Assembly: GCA_964354495.1 (NCBI GenBank)
Contig: CAYHAA010000012.1
Location: 30,001 to 62,000, forward strand
Length of the DNA: 32,000 nucleotides
Source of the DNA: an uncultured archaeon
GTDB taxonomy: Archaea > Asgardarchaeota > Thorarchaeia > Thorarchaeales > Thorarchaeaceae
Direction of reading: 5' to 3'
Shown here piece by piece: positions 1-9,402 of this stretch. How positions within the stretch are numbered: position 1 is the first letter of the stretch; each line of letters opens with the position of its first letter. The position numbers and the translations under genes were made by a program. Below the pieces are notes generated by a model. The model ran no database searches. It saw nothing but the letters and a program-made list of their open reading frames with translations, and was not told the DNA's origin.

Positions 1-31
1 ATCACCTCCTCCATCCTGTCGGTGCGTTATC

Positions 32-577
32 TTGACCAGTACTGAGGAAAAAGCCACAATCGAAATCGACCTCCCTGATGACTCCTTTGTTCAAATGATT
101 AAGAGAATCGGTGGTCCTAACATCCAGAACTGCTACCAGTGTGGCACATGTAGCGGAAGCTGTCCTGCCGGGGCACGAACTAACTATCTTGTGAGGGGCA
201 TTATTCGAAAGGCGCTCCTTGGCCTCAAGGAGCAGTGTATCTCTGCAAAAGAACTCTGGTACTGCACTACTTGCTATACCTGCACTGATCGTTGCCCACA
301 AGATGTGAAACCCACTGATGTCATCAAAGCAATTCGAAACATTGCTGTTGCCGAGGGCTATATGCTAGTCCCGCATCAGAAGACAGCTCAAAAGGTTCTC
401 CAAGCTGGTCATGCGGTCCCTCTGGACAGCGAGTCGTGGCAAAACTTACGTGAGAAGGTTGGTCTTGAGCGAGTTCCACCAAATGCCAGCAGATACGCTG
501 AAGCAATTGATGAGATACGCAAGATTGCTAAGAAGACAGGTTTTGACAAGCTCGTAGCTGAGAAAGAGGAGAAGTAG
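32..577 (+). CDS. hdrC: Heterodisulfide reductase subunit C (2x[4Fe-4S])
   Basis: CYQCGTCSGSCP and CTTCYTCTDRCP ferredoxin motifs plus AIRNIAV...GHAVP tail; directly upstream of hdrB. TTG start at 32 overlaps a TGA (33-35) of another frame; the frame is open to the window edge, so the start is uncertain. Confidence 0.9.
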   Translation: MTSTEEKATIEIDLPDDSFVQMIKRIGGPNIQNCYQCGTCSGSCPAGARTNYLVRGIIRKALLGLKEQCISAKELWYCTTCYTCTDRCPQDVKPTDVIKAIRNIAVAEGYMLVPHQKTAQKVLQAGHAVPLDSESWQNLREKVGLERVPPNASRYAEAIDEIRKIAKKTGFDKLVAEKEEK

Positions 578-579
578 CT

Positions 580-1503
580 ATGGCTAAGAAATCCTTCTAT
601 CATTTCCTTGGATGCATCATTCCCCATAGATATCCGAGTGTTGAAAAAGCAGCGAAGCTTGTGTTCAAGGATCTTGGTATTGAACTCCTTGACATGGAGG
701 GTGCCACTTGCTGTCCTGCTCCAGGTGTCTTTGGATCATTCGATCGAGTGACATGGGCAACAATCGCGGCTCGGAACCTTACGATTGCAGAAGCTGGTGG
801 CCATTCAATCACGACCGGCTGCAATGGTTGCTTTGCTAGTCTATGGGATGCGAACCATGAACTGAAACATGATGCCGAACTCAGGGAAAAGGTCAACGAG
901 AACCTCGCAGAGGTAAATCGTGAATTCAAGGGAACCATTGAGGTCTGGCACTATGTCGACGCTCTCTACAAGATAGCAGGTCTGGAGAAGATCCGTGAGC
1001 GGGTCACACGGCCGCTAACAGGGGTTCGGATGGCTCTACATCCTGGTTGTCATTGGATGCGACCAAAAAGCATCAAACAGAAAGATGACTCAGAGAGACC
1101 ACACATATTCCGAGAACTCTGTGAGACCTCGGGCGCCAAATATGTTCCTTACAAGGATGAGCTGATATGTTGTGGTGCCGGTGGCGCAGTCAGAACAGCA
1201 GATGTGAAGCTCGCCCTCGAATTCACAAAGCAGAAGTTCGACAGTCTGATTGAAGCTGGGGGCGCTGACATGATCGTAACACCATGTCCATTCTGCGAGC
1301 TGCAACTGGATATGGGCCAGGTGGAGATTCAGAAGTACTTCGAAAAGGAGTACACCTTCGATATTCTCCATGTTGTTGAACTACTTGCCTTGGCATTTGG
1401 CCATGAGCCAGACGAATTCGGCTTGGCCACGCATCTTCAATACATGCAGCGAAAAACCGAACCTGCATGGCAGCGGATTGGCATCAAAGTGGAAGGATCC
1501 TAG
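580..1503 (+). CDS. hdrB: Heterodisulfide reductase subunit B (canonical type)
   Basis: FLGCIIP, CCPAPG, GCNGC, HPGCH, CCGAGG, CPFC: two CCG domains with the methanogen-type CCPAPG motif. Confidence 0.93.
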   Translation: MAKKSFYHFLGCIIPHRYPSVEKAAKLVFKDLGIELLDMEGATCCPAPGVFGSFDRVTWATIAARNLTIAEAGGHSITTGCNGCFASLWDANHELKHDAELREKVNENLAEVNREFKGTIEVWHYVDALYKIAGLEKIRERVTRPLTGVRMALHPGCHWMRPKSIKQKDDSERPHIFRELCETSGAKYVPYKDELICCGAGGAVRTADVKLALEFTKQKFDSLIEAGGADMIVTPCPFCELQLDMGQVEIQKYFEKEYTFDILHVVELLALAFGHEPDEFGLATHLQYMQRKTEPAWQRIGIKVEGS

Positions 1504-2513
1504 TCTTCCATAATGTGTACAATATTCTCTCTTCCACTTCGTAGCCTCTTGATGAGACCACGTTCCTCAAGTGATGTAAGCATCATACTAGCCATTGCCT
1601 GAGACATGTCTAAACCTGCATAGATCTCTCTCTGTGAGCACGATCCTCCACGAGAGGAAAGAAAATCAAAAATCTCCTGCTCTTGACTTGATATCCTCCC
1701 ACTGACAACAACCTCTCTTGCCTTCAATCGTTTTATCCAAGTTGGTATGCGCTCAAGAATGAGTACAGCTCCTGCTGCACCTACTGCGGCGAGTATGCCA
1801 ATGACTAACGAATTGTCTGTGATAGTAGTAACTGTGTCAAAGAGGACTGCAGGCATCAGGTACTTGATGACATAAGCAATCTCCTGTCCTGGGAGAAGAA
1901 CACTTGTTTTCCATGCATATACGGTTCTAATGCCATCCGTATGGTTTGATGTTGCGCTGGGAAAGAGCGGTGCTGCGGCCTCTAAGTCAAGCACAGCATG
2001 AGGTGGGAGTGCTGCTGTAAAAGTGAGATTGCGAACCTCATCAAAAGAACGAATATAGTAAATCAGATGGCTGACGTGCATTGTGCCGTCGCTGTTTAGG
2101 CCAATGCGTTCCTGAAGACACTGCGTTGTGAAATTGAGATTCAGCATCACCGAGGCTCCTGAAGGAATAGGAGTATAGGGCTCAACTGCCACGACTACAT
2201 AGTTGCTCATGGGAGATACGGTGGTATCAACGAGAGATCCATTAACATTGGCTGAATTCACCAGCAGACCTCGTACATCCACTCTCATATCAAACGAACT
2301 CAAGTCCGTTGGCCCCGTGTTCGTCACATTTGTCTGAATCAAGACCTCAGATGAACAGTCTGCTCCCAGTTCTGCATGAATATGCATGTTTGTCATCATG
2401 ATGTCCTGAGTCCCTGATGCTGCACTGACTTGATTGTCCAAAGCAAATAGACCTAGAACTAGGAGTGAAGCAATTACGAGGATGCGTGCTGTCGTTCTTT
2501 GCATAAGGACCAA
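1500..2513 (-). CDS. Membrane-anchored winged-helix transcriptional regulator (COG2512-like architecture)
   Basis: Signal peptide, beta-rich extracellular domain with N-x-S/T sequons, one TM helix (LVIGILAAVGAAGAVLIL) and C-terminal wHTH (SQEQEIFDFL...SQREI...LTSLEERGLIKRLRSGRENIV). Start is TTG 2513 or ATG 2504. Its stop overlaps the hdrB stop within CTAG. Confidence 0.75.
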   Translation of the reverse strand: MVLMQRTTARILVIASLLVLGLFALDNQVSAASGTQDIMMTNMHIHAELGADCSSEVLIQTNVTNTGPTDLSSFDMRVDVRGLLVNSANVNGSLVDTTVSPMSNYVVVAVEPYTPIPSGASVMLNLNFTTQCLQERIGLNSDGTMHVSHLIYYIRSFDEVRNLTFTAALPPHAVLDLEAAAPLFPSATSNHTDGIRTVYAWKTSVLLPGQEIAYVIKYLMPAVLFDTVTTITDNSLVIGILAAVGAAGAVLILERIPTWIKRLKAREVVVSGRISSQEQEIFDFLSSRGGSCSQREIYAGLDMSQAMASMMLTSLEERGLIKRLRSGRENIVHIMED

Positions 2514-2556
2514 CTCATCGTCTTGTCATAGAGTCTAATAATCCATCTGTTTGTAG

Positions 2557-2589
2557 AAAAAAGGAGTAGAGGGAGCGAACTCCCCCTAC
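2557..2589 (-). terminator. Hairpin plus U-tract terminator after the acidic surface-protein gene
   Basis: Minus strand GTAGGGGGAG-TTCG-CTCCCTCTAC (10-bp stem with one G.U pair, UUCG loop), followed after TCC by T6; begins 5 nt after the stop codon. Confidence 0.65.
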
Positions 2590-2593
2590 AAGA

Positions 2594-3892
2594 CTAACGG
2601 CGTTTGATTGCTAGTCCAGCAACTAAAATGACCGCTGCTGCAACACCAATCAAAGCGATTGCTTCTATAGGCAGACCTAGAATTCCTGAGGTGCCACCTG
2701 TTGGAGCTCCATCTTCAAGGAGTCTCATTGATGGGTCATGCAGGATGGAACCTCCATCGAAGTTAGGATAGACTAGGAACAGCAGAAGTCCGTTGCCATC
2801 TGTCCAGTAGGACGCACCTACATCCACTGCAACTTGAGAGCCATTCAGATAGGTCATCAATGCCTTGTCCAGCCAAGTGTAGAATCCGCGGGTAGTATTG
2901 GTGGCATCATCAACAATTGAGAGCTGCTGAATGCTATCATCTTCACCATCATGGTCATCATCCTTGTCCTCGAACATTGTTCCATGATCATCAGATATCT
3001 CCTCGGACTCGATCTCATCGTCACCATCATCCTCATGAAGCCTGAAGAAATGATCTGAATCATCTGTTGACGCAACATCTTCACGCATGTAGTTCAGAAC
3101 TGCAACCTTCGAGGTATTCGAGAGGAATGGAAAGTTACCAATCTCAATGTCTACTTTGAGCTCCGATCCGCCAGCAATTGTGTAATTGGACTGGAAACCA
3201 AAATCGTCAGTGACATTTCCCTCGAAGTCAGCCGTATAGATGTGACCATAGAAACGAAGGGTCATTTCGGAGAATCTTGTGAAGTTGTAGCCGGTTTCAC
3301 CATCACTTGCCAGGAGTGTTGAGTTGTCATCGTCCTCCTCATCCTCATCGAGCTCAGGCATCCAGTCTTCGAACCAGTCATCTTCCCACTCACCGCTCAA
3401 ACCGCCCTTTGTGTAGGAGGCAAAGACCTCTACAACTTGGTCAAGACTATCAGTAATAGTTCCAGTTTGAAGGCTCCACTCGAATGCATCAAGGGGTGCA
3501 AAAGCGATTGTTTCGTTGGCTTGGAAGACGCCGTCGCCATTGGAGTCTTCAAACTCAACAATCATTCTAAAGCTGATCATGAAACGAGCAAGACTCCCAT
3601 TGTTGTCAGTTGCATACCAATACTGGTAGGTTGGCATCTCTGGGCTCAGAGTCACAGTCATGATGTCAGTTTCTATCCAGGCAGTCCCATCATCATCGCG
3701 ATGTTCATCGAGCTCATGCTCGTCGTCATCGTCATCATCAGTGATGGTACTGTTATCGTCAGACTGCGCGCGCTTGGTTCCAGTAGTTGCATCATCACCT
3801 TGGCTGTTTGAAAATGCAGTAGCAGGAGAAAATGATGCTAACAATAGAACCATCAGTGCAAGCAGCAATACTTTCGAAACATTGTGTTTCAT
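2594..3892 (-). CDS. Acidic secreted, C-terminally membrane-anchored (cell-surface) protein
   Basis: Signal peptide (MKHNVSKVLLLALMVLLLASFSPATA), Asp/Glu runs, many N-x-S/T sequons, C-terminal TM helix followed by KRR. The ORF extends to 3913; a TATA-like TTATTAAA at 3927-3934 (minus) favours ATG 3892. Confidence 0.7.
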   Translation of the reverse strand: MKHNVSKVLLLALMVLLLASFSPATAFSNSQGDDATTGTKRAQSDDNSTITDDDDDDEHELDEHRDDDGTAWIETDIMTVTLSPEMPTYQYWYATDNNGSLARFMISFRMIVEFEDSNGDGVFQANETIAFAPLDAFEWSLQTGTITDSLDQVVEVFASYTKGGLSGEWEDDWFEDWMPELDEDEEDDDNSTLLASDGETGYNFTRFSEMTLRFYGHIYTADFEGNVTDDFGFQSNYTIAGGSELKVDIEIGNFPFLSNTSKVAVLNYMREDVASTDDSDHFFRLHEDDGDDEIESEEISDDHGTMFEDKDDDHDGEDDSIQQLSIVDDATNTTRGFYTWLDKALMTYLNGSQVAVDVGASYWTDGNGLLLFLVYPNFDGGSILHDPSMRLLEDGAPTGGTSGILGLPIEAIALIGVAAAVILVAGLAIKRR

Positions 3893-4290
3893 TACGTAGT
3901 TCACCAGAGTCATCGTCGACTTTTCCTTTAATAACCACCATTCTGTATTCTATGAATGGTGGCCGGCTAAGACAATCCATAGAACATATTTTGCTGTTTT
4001 ATGTTTCAAGATGCTTCAAAAGGTGGAAATCGGCCATCATATCGCCCCTTTCCCGCAGAGCAAAACACAGCTATTCGACTCGAAGGAGTGGACAAGCTTG
4101 AAGGGCGGTTCAGTATGATGGTCGAGTAGAATGGTGATTCTATCTCTCGGTCAGTGCGTCTACATGATGGGGCAAGGGGGATGTTTGACGGGGCAGATTG
4201 CTGGCCCGACCAGCTTCGAGGTCAATCTTCAGTCATGTTTCAGGCAATAGGCGCAAATGCTAAATGAACAGCCTCCTCAGTATGGAACAC

Positions 4291-4310
4291 AACCCGGCAT
4301 TATCCGGGTT
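4291..4310. repeat. Perfect 7-bp inverted repeat AACCCGG-cattat-CCGGGTT upstream of the arrestin-fold gene
   Basis: Read directly; ends 25 nt upstream of ATG 4336. Possible operator or RNA hairpin. Confidence 0.45.
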
Positions 4311-4335
4311 CAATACATGAAATGATGTGAATTCT

Positions 4336-4782
4336 ATGGGATTTCTTGGTAAGCTAAAAGCACCAAATGCGTCCATTGCAGTGCTGCTTGACAAGGGAAC
4401 ATTCAGCCTAAGAGAGCCGCTGCAAGGTAAACTCGATATTTCAGCATCGGAAGAATTCGACGCCGATGAACTCCGTATTGAGATCTGGGTCAACGAATGG
4501 ACCCGAGCCACCCAAAACAAGATGGTTCAGAATAAGCAGGTACCTGTGAGCGCTGAGCAGAATAGCACACTTCATCAAGGTAAACTCACAGTTGCAGGAG
4601 GAAGGCACTTCACCAGCGGGTTCAGGGAGAGCATCCCCTTCAGTCTTCCCTTACCCTCTAACGTTCCTCCGACCTACCGTAGCATCAACGCCCGCAATAC
4701 TTGGATGATGAAAGGCGTGATTGGCGTCAAAGGTCGGCCTGATGTGACCAGCCACGACATGGAGATTGTTGTCACATTCTAA
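4336..4782 (+). CDS. Single-domain arrestin-N/Spo0M-fold protein
   Basis: Beta-strand periodicity; L.G.L.I...E pattern near the N-terminus and the IPFSLPLPSNVPPTY motif typical of the arrestin_N/Spo0M fold. ORF open from GTG 4327. Confidence 0.6.
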   Translation: MGFLGKLKAPNASIAVLLDKGTFSLREPLQGKLDISASEEFDADELRIEIWVNEWTRATQNKMVQNKQVPVSAEQNSTLHQGKLTVAGGRHFTSGFRESIPFSLPLPSNVPPTYRSINARNTWMMKGVIGVKGRPDVTSHDMEIVVTF

Positions 4783-4861
4783 GCAGGCTGTCACTCGTAG
4801 TTTCAGCCCATTGAGGAAGGCTCCGGAGCAAGAATACGGCTTCCGGGATGTCAAGTACCAA

Positions 4862-4883
4862 CCTGGCCCCGGCAGGGGCCAGG
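4862..4883. terminator. GC-rich hairpin between convergent genes (probable bidirectional terminator)
   Basis: CCTGGCCCC-GGCA-GGGGCCAGG, perfect 9-bp stem, 13 nt beyond the icd stop; no clear U-tract. Confidence 0.5.
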
Positions 4884-4896
4884 CCTACTTCAATCA

Positions 4897-6225
4897 CTAG
4901 AGGTTCTTTATAATCTCATCACTGAATTTTGTTGTCGATATGGGTTCAACTGGGGGTGTCAACTGGCGAGCAATATCATAGGTCACTTTCTTTGACTCTA
5001 CCGTCTTCGAAACTGCAGACCTGATGATTTTTGATGCCTCGCCCCATCCCATGTGCTCTAGCATCAAGCAGGCTGAAAGAATGATTGAGCCTGGGTTGAT
5101 CTCATTCTTCCCCGCATGTTTTGGAGCAGTACCATGAGTTGCTTCGGCGAAGAAGATGCTATCGTTGAGATTCGCTCCTGGTGCAAAGCCAAGTCCACCC
5201 ACTTGAGCAGCAAGCTGATCAGAGAGATAGTCACCATTGAGGTTAGGCATAGCCAGCACCTCATACTCCATTGGTCTAAGCAGGACCTGTTGGAACATTG
5301 CATCCTGAATCCGATCGTTGACTAGGATTTTTCCATCGGCAATTGCTTTCTTGACATCGCCGCCATACTTCTGGTTGAGTTCCTCCTCAGTGACAATGAC
5401 ATCTCTGAACTCCTCCTTGGCAACCTCATAGCCCCAGATCATGAATTGCCCTTCGGTAGCCTTCATGATGTTCCCTTTATGACAAATCGTCACAACATGT
5501 CTGTTCATTTTTATGGCATATTCAATGGCACTCCTTACAAGATTCTTTGAGTTTTCAGGGGACATGGGCTTGATTGATATGCCAGACGAATCTCGTAGAC
5601 TCTCGGAGTCAACTGGAACCTTCCATTCCTTTCTAAGGAAATCGATAATCTGTTTAGCCTGTTCAGAGCCTGGGTACGCCTCGATTCCAGCATAGATGTC
5701 TTCTAGGTTCTCGCGAAATACGACCATGTCTATTGCATCGGGGTCATTGACGGGAGCAGGAACACCCTTGATATGCCAAACAGGCCTCAAGCAGACACTC
5801 AGACTCAAGAACTGTCGAAGCCCAACGTTGATGGATGAAAACCCCTTACCAACAGGTGTTTCGCACGGTCCTTTTATGGCGACATGATATTCGCGTACTG
5901 CCTTCAGAGTGTCATCAGGCAGGTATGCCTTTCGTTGGTCTTGTGGTGATAGCCCTTTGAGCTGCTCATCAGTGATTTTGGGGTTATAGAGAGCACGAGC
6001 CTTATTCCCTGCATAGATCTCGAACCACTCAATCTTTCGTTTTCCTTTGTAGGCTTTCTGAACAGCTGCATCTACAACCTTCCGCATTACACTGCTGATT
6101 TCAGGGCCAATACCATCTCCTTCAATCCAACAAACAATCGGATTGTCAGGAACAATCCATTGACCATTCTTGACAACTATTTTCTTTCCCCTTTTTGGGG
6201 GTACCAGTTTTTCGTATTCGGTCAT
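4897..6225 (-). CDS. icd: Isocitrate dehydrogenase, E. coli/Archaeoglobus-type homodimeric, probably NADP-dependent
   Basis: PDNPIV.WIEGDGIGPEI, FRENLEDIYAGIE, HKGNIMKATEG, NLNGDYLSD, EATHGTAPKHAG, VTYDIARQ. ATG 6225 preferred; the longer ORF to 6312 overlaps aclA. Confidence 0.95.
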   Translation of the reverse strand: MTEYEKLVPPKRGKKIVVKNGQWIVPDNPIVCWIEGDGIGPEISSVMRKVVDAAVQKAYKGKRKIEWFEIYAGNKARALYNPKITDEQLKGLSPQDQRKAYLPDDTLKAVREYHVAIKGPCETPVGKGFSSINVGLRQFLSLSVCLRPVWHIKGVPAPVNDPDAIDMVVFRENLEDIYAGIEAYPGSEQAKQIIDFLRKEWKVPVDSESLRDSSGISIKPMSPENSKNLVRSAIEYAIKMNRHVVTICHKGNIMKATEGQFMIWGYEVAKEEFRDVIVTEEELNQKYGGDVKKAIADGKILVNDRIQDAMFQQVLLRPMEYEVLAMPNLNGDYLSDQLAAQVGGLGFAPGANLNDSIFFAEATHGTAPKHAGKNEINPGSIILSACLMLEHMGWGEASKIIRSAVSKTVESKKVTYDIARQLTPPVEPISTTKFSDEIIKNL

Positions 6226-6259
6226 TTCATGAACTCTCTCTTTTCTTTGAACTCGAATT

Positions 6260-8098
6260 CTATTTTGAGGTGTACAGAATCTCATCCCAGGGCTGTCTAT
6301 ATAGGTCTGCACGTTGCCTCTTCTGGTCGAAGATATGCCCCATCATCCCAATTGACCGCCCCAAAACGAACAACCCATTCAGCATCTCAGTATCCAGAAT
6401 ATCCTGCTTCTCTTCTGGAGACAAGTCGAGATTCTCCATGAGGTCCAAGAAGCAAATTCCTATACATCCGTCCACATTGAGAATCAGATTATTGCGCTTG
6501 ACAGTCGTCAATTTCTCAACTTCAAGTGCATAGTCAAGGTACGGATGGTTCGGGAAGTTGTTACGAACGAACTCCTTTAGCAGCTCAACGCGGACATCTG
6601 GGTTTTGTACTGATTTCACACGGTGCCCAATTCCAGGTATATTGATGCCTATTACGTCCTTCATGTAGTCAATGAACTCTTGTGGAGTCTTACCTGAATC
6701 ATGTGCGTCTTTGAAGTACTTTGCAGCATCTGAGATGGCTCCTCCAAATCTGGGGCCAATAGTCAGGATGCCAGAAGCCAATGAAGACATGAGATCTTTC
6801 CCTGCACGCGCAGCCACAATTGCATTATGTGCGCCTGAGACAGCTGGACCATGATCTGCAGTCAGCTTTAGCACGATTTCGATATACTTCTGACCAAACA
6901 GTGGGAGTTCCTTCTTGAACCAGAGATGACCTATCACATAGCCTATCGAGAGGTCTTCTCTGATGATTTTGTCAATTGGCACGCCATTATAGGTCAGCAC
7001 ATCGCCTGTTTCATTTGATATTGTGGTTACAACGTCAGTTGGTCTTCTTACAAGTCCTTTCGCAAGAGCTTTATTGAAATCCATGGGCAGCTCCGGTGGA
7101 GTGAACTCCTCTACGGATCCGATTTTTCCCTCCGACTTCAGCCTCTCGAAGGTCTCCCGAATCCTATCACCGAAGTCATCAAATGACTGTGGTACTATCA
7201 CACCAACGTCTGCCAGCGCTTTGTTCTTTGCATCGGCGGTTTCCATATCTGTTCCTGCCATGGCTCCTGCATGCCCAAACTGAACACCAGCTGGGAAGAT
7301 CTTAGCGCAGGTTCCTGTGACCCACATGACTAGTGGTTTTTTCACCTTCCCAACCTTGATGGCTTCAACGATTGCATACTCATCTCTCCCTCCGACTTCC
7401 CCTAGGCACACAATCATCTTGACTCTGGGGTTGGCTTCAAATCGTAGAATGTGATCAATTAATGTTGAGCCAGGATACCGATCACCACCAATTGCTACTC
7501 CTTCATAGATGCCATCGGAGTTCTGGGCAATCATGAAGAACATCTCATTGCTCATACCACCCGACTTCGACACGAATCCCACGCTTCCCGGTCTGTAGAG
7601 CTTTGATTTGATGATGTTATCAATTGTACCTGCAGTATTTGCTATCTTGAAGGCTCCTGCAAGAAGTCCTCCTACAGTTGCTGGTCCAATGATGATTTTC
7701 TTCTTCTTATCGGCTAATTCAATAAGTTCTCTACTCTGACGTTCTGGGATCCCCTCCGCGATAATCACAATAGTTCTGATTGTATCCGTTTCAAGGGCTT
7801 CCTTGGAGGTCAGAAAAGCAGATCTGAACGACGAGAAGTTGATCAACACATCAGCATTCGGATGTTTCTTTACGGCCAGATTCAGAGTCTTATAGATTGG
7901 AATCACAATCTCCTTGCTGCCCCAGAAGACCTTGTGATATTCCATGGCGCCTTCCTGTGAAGCACGAACTACAGCCGCTACACTGGGTGTACTTCTTTTG
8001 CAGACGAAATCGAAGTCGAGCATTCTTTGGATGGCATCGGCCTGAAAGCCATGGATGATTGCTTGAGTATTCCTGTTGAACAGATTGTACTTGTCCAT
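6260..8098 (-). CDS. aclA: ATP-citrate lyase large subunit (CoA-binding plus citryl-CoA lyase domains)
   Basis: QRMLDFDF, IGPATVGG, SKSGGMSNE, phospho-His motif QFGHAGA, ADHGPAVSGAHN, IPGIGHRVKS, LILNVDG, LNGLFVLGRSIG; 612 aa. Confidence 0.93.
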   Translation of the reverse strand: MDKYNLFNRNTQAIIHGFQADAIQRMLDFDFVCKRSTPSVAAVVRASQEGAMEYHKVFWGSKEIVIPIYKTLNLAVKKHPNADVLINFSSFRSAFLTSKEALETDTIRTIVIIAEGIPERQSRELIELADKKKKIIIGPATVGGLLAGAFKIANTAGTIDNIIKSKLYRPGSVGFVSKSGGMSNEMFFMIAQNSDGIYEGVAIGGDRYPGSTLIDHILRFEANPRVKMIVCLGEVGGRDEYAIVEAIKVGKVKKPLVMWVTGTCAKIFPAGVQFGHAGAMAGTDMETADAKNKALADVGVIVPQSFDDFGDRIRETFERLKSEGKIGSVEEFTPPELPMDFNKALAKGLVRRPTDVVTTISNETGDVLTYNGVPIDKIIREDLSIGYVIGHLWFKKELPLFGQKYIEIVLKLTADHGPAVSGAHNAIVAARAGKDLMSSLASGILTIGPRFGGAISDAAKYFKDAHDSGKTPQEFIDYMKDVIGINIPGIGHRVKSVQNPDVRVELLKEFVRNNFPNHPYLDYALEVEKLTTVKRNNLILNVDGCIGICFLDLMENLDLSPEEKQDILDTEMLNGLFVLGRSIGMMGHIFDQKRQRADLYRQPWDEILYTSK

Positions 8099-8099
8099 T

Positions 8100-9383
8100 C
8101 TACTTGACCCCCTTCAGCGCAATAGGAACAATTCTCGTCATATGGGTGTATCGATCGTAGACCTCGATGGGGACACCAATCTCTTTGCCTACATCCCGCA
8201 TGAGTTGAAGGCCTTCAGCTTCATTAGGTCCTCCACGTCTCACATAGATTCTGACATTTGCCTCCTTCAGCTTCTCTGCCGACCTTCGTAATGCGCTCAC
8301 AATTCCCTGAAACGTGGCTTTTACATCAGTGAAGTTAGCAATACCGCCGCCAATCAAGAGGAACTTGGGTTTCTTCTCTGGGTCCGGTTTCTCTGTCATG
8401 AGGTCTATGAGAGTCTGTGCATACAACTCGGTGTGTTCACGGGTGGGATTTCCACTGTATTCCCCATAGTTAGCCAGTTCATTGCCGAAACCAAGGTCAA
8501 CAATCGTGTCGGCATAGATGACGCTCGCACCTCCACCTGCGACCATTGTCCAGATGCGACCTTCCCTGTTAAGAATCGTAAGTTTCAAAGATGAACCAGT
8601 CTGCACCTGGAGACTCTGAATGAACTCCTCCTCTTTGGAGTGCTTTTGCCCGAAAGATACTGGGAACGCAATTGGATTCTCGGGATTTCCCCACGTGTCA
8701 GTATGTCTGAACGCAGCTGTGTCATCAAGGCGCGCTTTCATGTCCAATGGCACAACAAGACCGTCTTTTGTAATGGCAAATGGGTTGATCTCCAGAAATG
8801 CGAAGTCTTGCTCACAATATACTTGGAATAATCCCCTGATGAATGGGATGACAGAATGCGCCAGAGTACCTAGGCCCTTGATCTTGCTCTCCAAATCAAT
8901 GGCATTGATGTCTGTTCCAATAGGAATTGGAATATGGATTACCTTGTCCCAATTCTCTTCTACGAATACCCCGCCCTCAAAGGAGAAGTGGATAATGTCG
9001 TTCTTCCTGTCTGAGGTTATGGACACGTACAGCTCTTTCTCATGGGGAACAAATGGCTCCACTAGGAATCTAGTGAGCTTTCCCTTTGCTCCTCCAACCA
9101 CCATCTCTTTGCCCAGCTTTTCCTTCATGAACTGCTTCAATTCAATCAGGTTGGCATTGAGAAGAAGCAGGTTTGCCTTTCCCCGTTTTCCAAAGAGCTG
9201 GTCAGGTTTGGCTACTAGCTTGTCAGTCTTCAACCATGGATGGTCTTTCTCTAGTTTCGTCCATTTAGTGTCTGGAGTTATTACAGCGAGCTTTCGGTGG
9301 TATCTGAACTCTGGAAAGTGCTTCTCCAATTCATTAGCAATCAGTATCTTTGCTGAGTATTCATAGATTGATTTCTGTGCCAC
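8100..9383 (-). CDS. aclB: ATP-citrate lyase small subunit (ATP-grasp plus citrate-binding domains)
   Basis: KPDQLFGKRGK, LEINPF, LDDTA, RIWTMVAGGGASVIYADT, ANYGEYSGNP, GGGIANFTDV, RRGGPN. GTG start at 9383 gives the (M)AQKSIYEY N-terminus, with an AGGAGG RBS at 9391-9396. Confidence 0.92.
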   Translation of the reverse strand: MAQKSIYEYSAKILIANELEKHFPEFRYHRKLAVITPDTKWTKLEKDHPWLKTDKLVAKPDQLFGKRGKANLLLLNANLIELKQFMKEKLGKEMVVGGAKGKLTRFLVEPFVPHEKELYVSITSDRKNDIIHFSFEGGVFVEENWDKVIHIPIPIGTDINAIDLESKIKGLGTLAHSVIPFIRGLFQVYCEQDFAFLEINPFAITKDGLVVPLDMKARLDDTAAFRHTDTWGNPENPIAFPVSFGQKHSKEEEFIQSLQVQTGSSLKLTILNREGRIWTMVAGGGASVIYADTIVDLGFGNELANYGEYSGNPTREHTELYAQTLIDLMTEKPDPEKKPKFLLIGGGIANFTDVKATFQGIVSALRRSAEKLKEANVRIYVRRGGPNEAEGLQLMRDVGKEIGVPIEVYDRYTHMTRIVPIALKGVK

Positions 9384-9402
9384 TAGTATTCCTCCTACGG
9401 GT

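Noticed and set aside
1-10. ATCACCTCCT, identical to the 16S rRNA 3' end (anti-Shine-Dalgarno)
   Set aside because: Only 10 nt at the window edge and followed 21 nt later by hdrC. It cannot be distinguished from coding sequence or a minus-strand RBS, so no rRNA is called.
4001-4267. Reading frame from ATG 4001 with one internal TAG (4127-4129), possible pyrrolysine readthrough or pseudogene
   Set aside because: The translation resembles no family I know, TAG is a common ordinary stop in this window, and no pyl genes are present.
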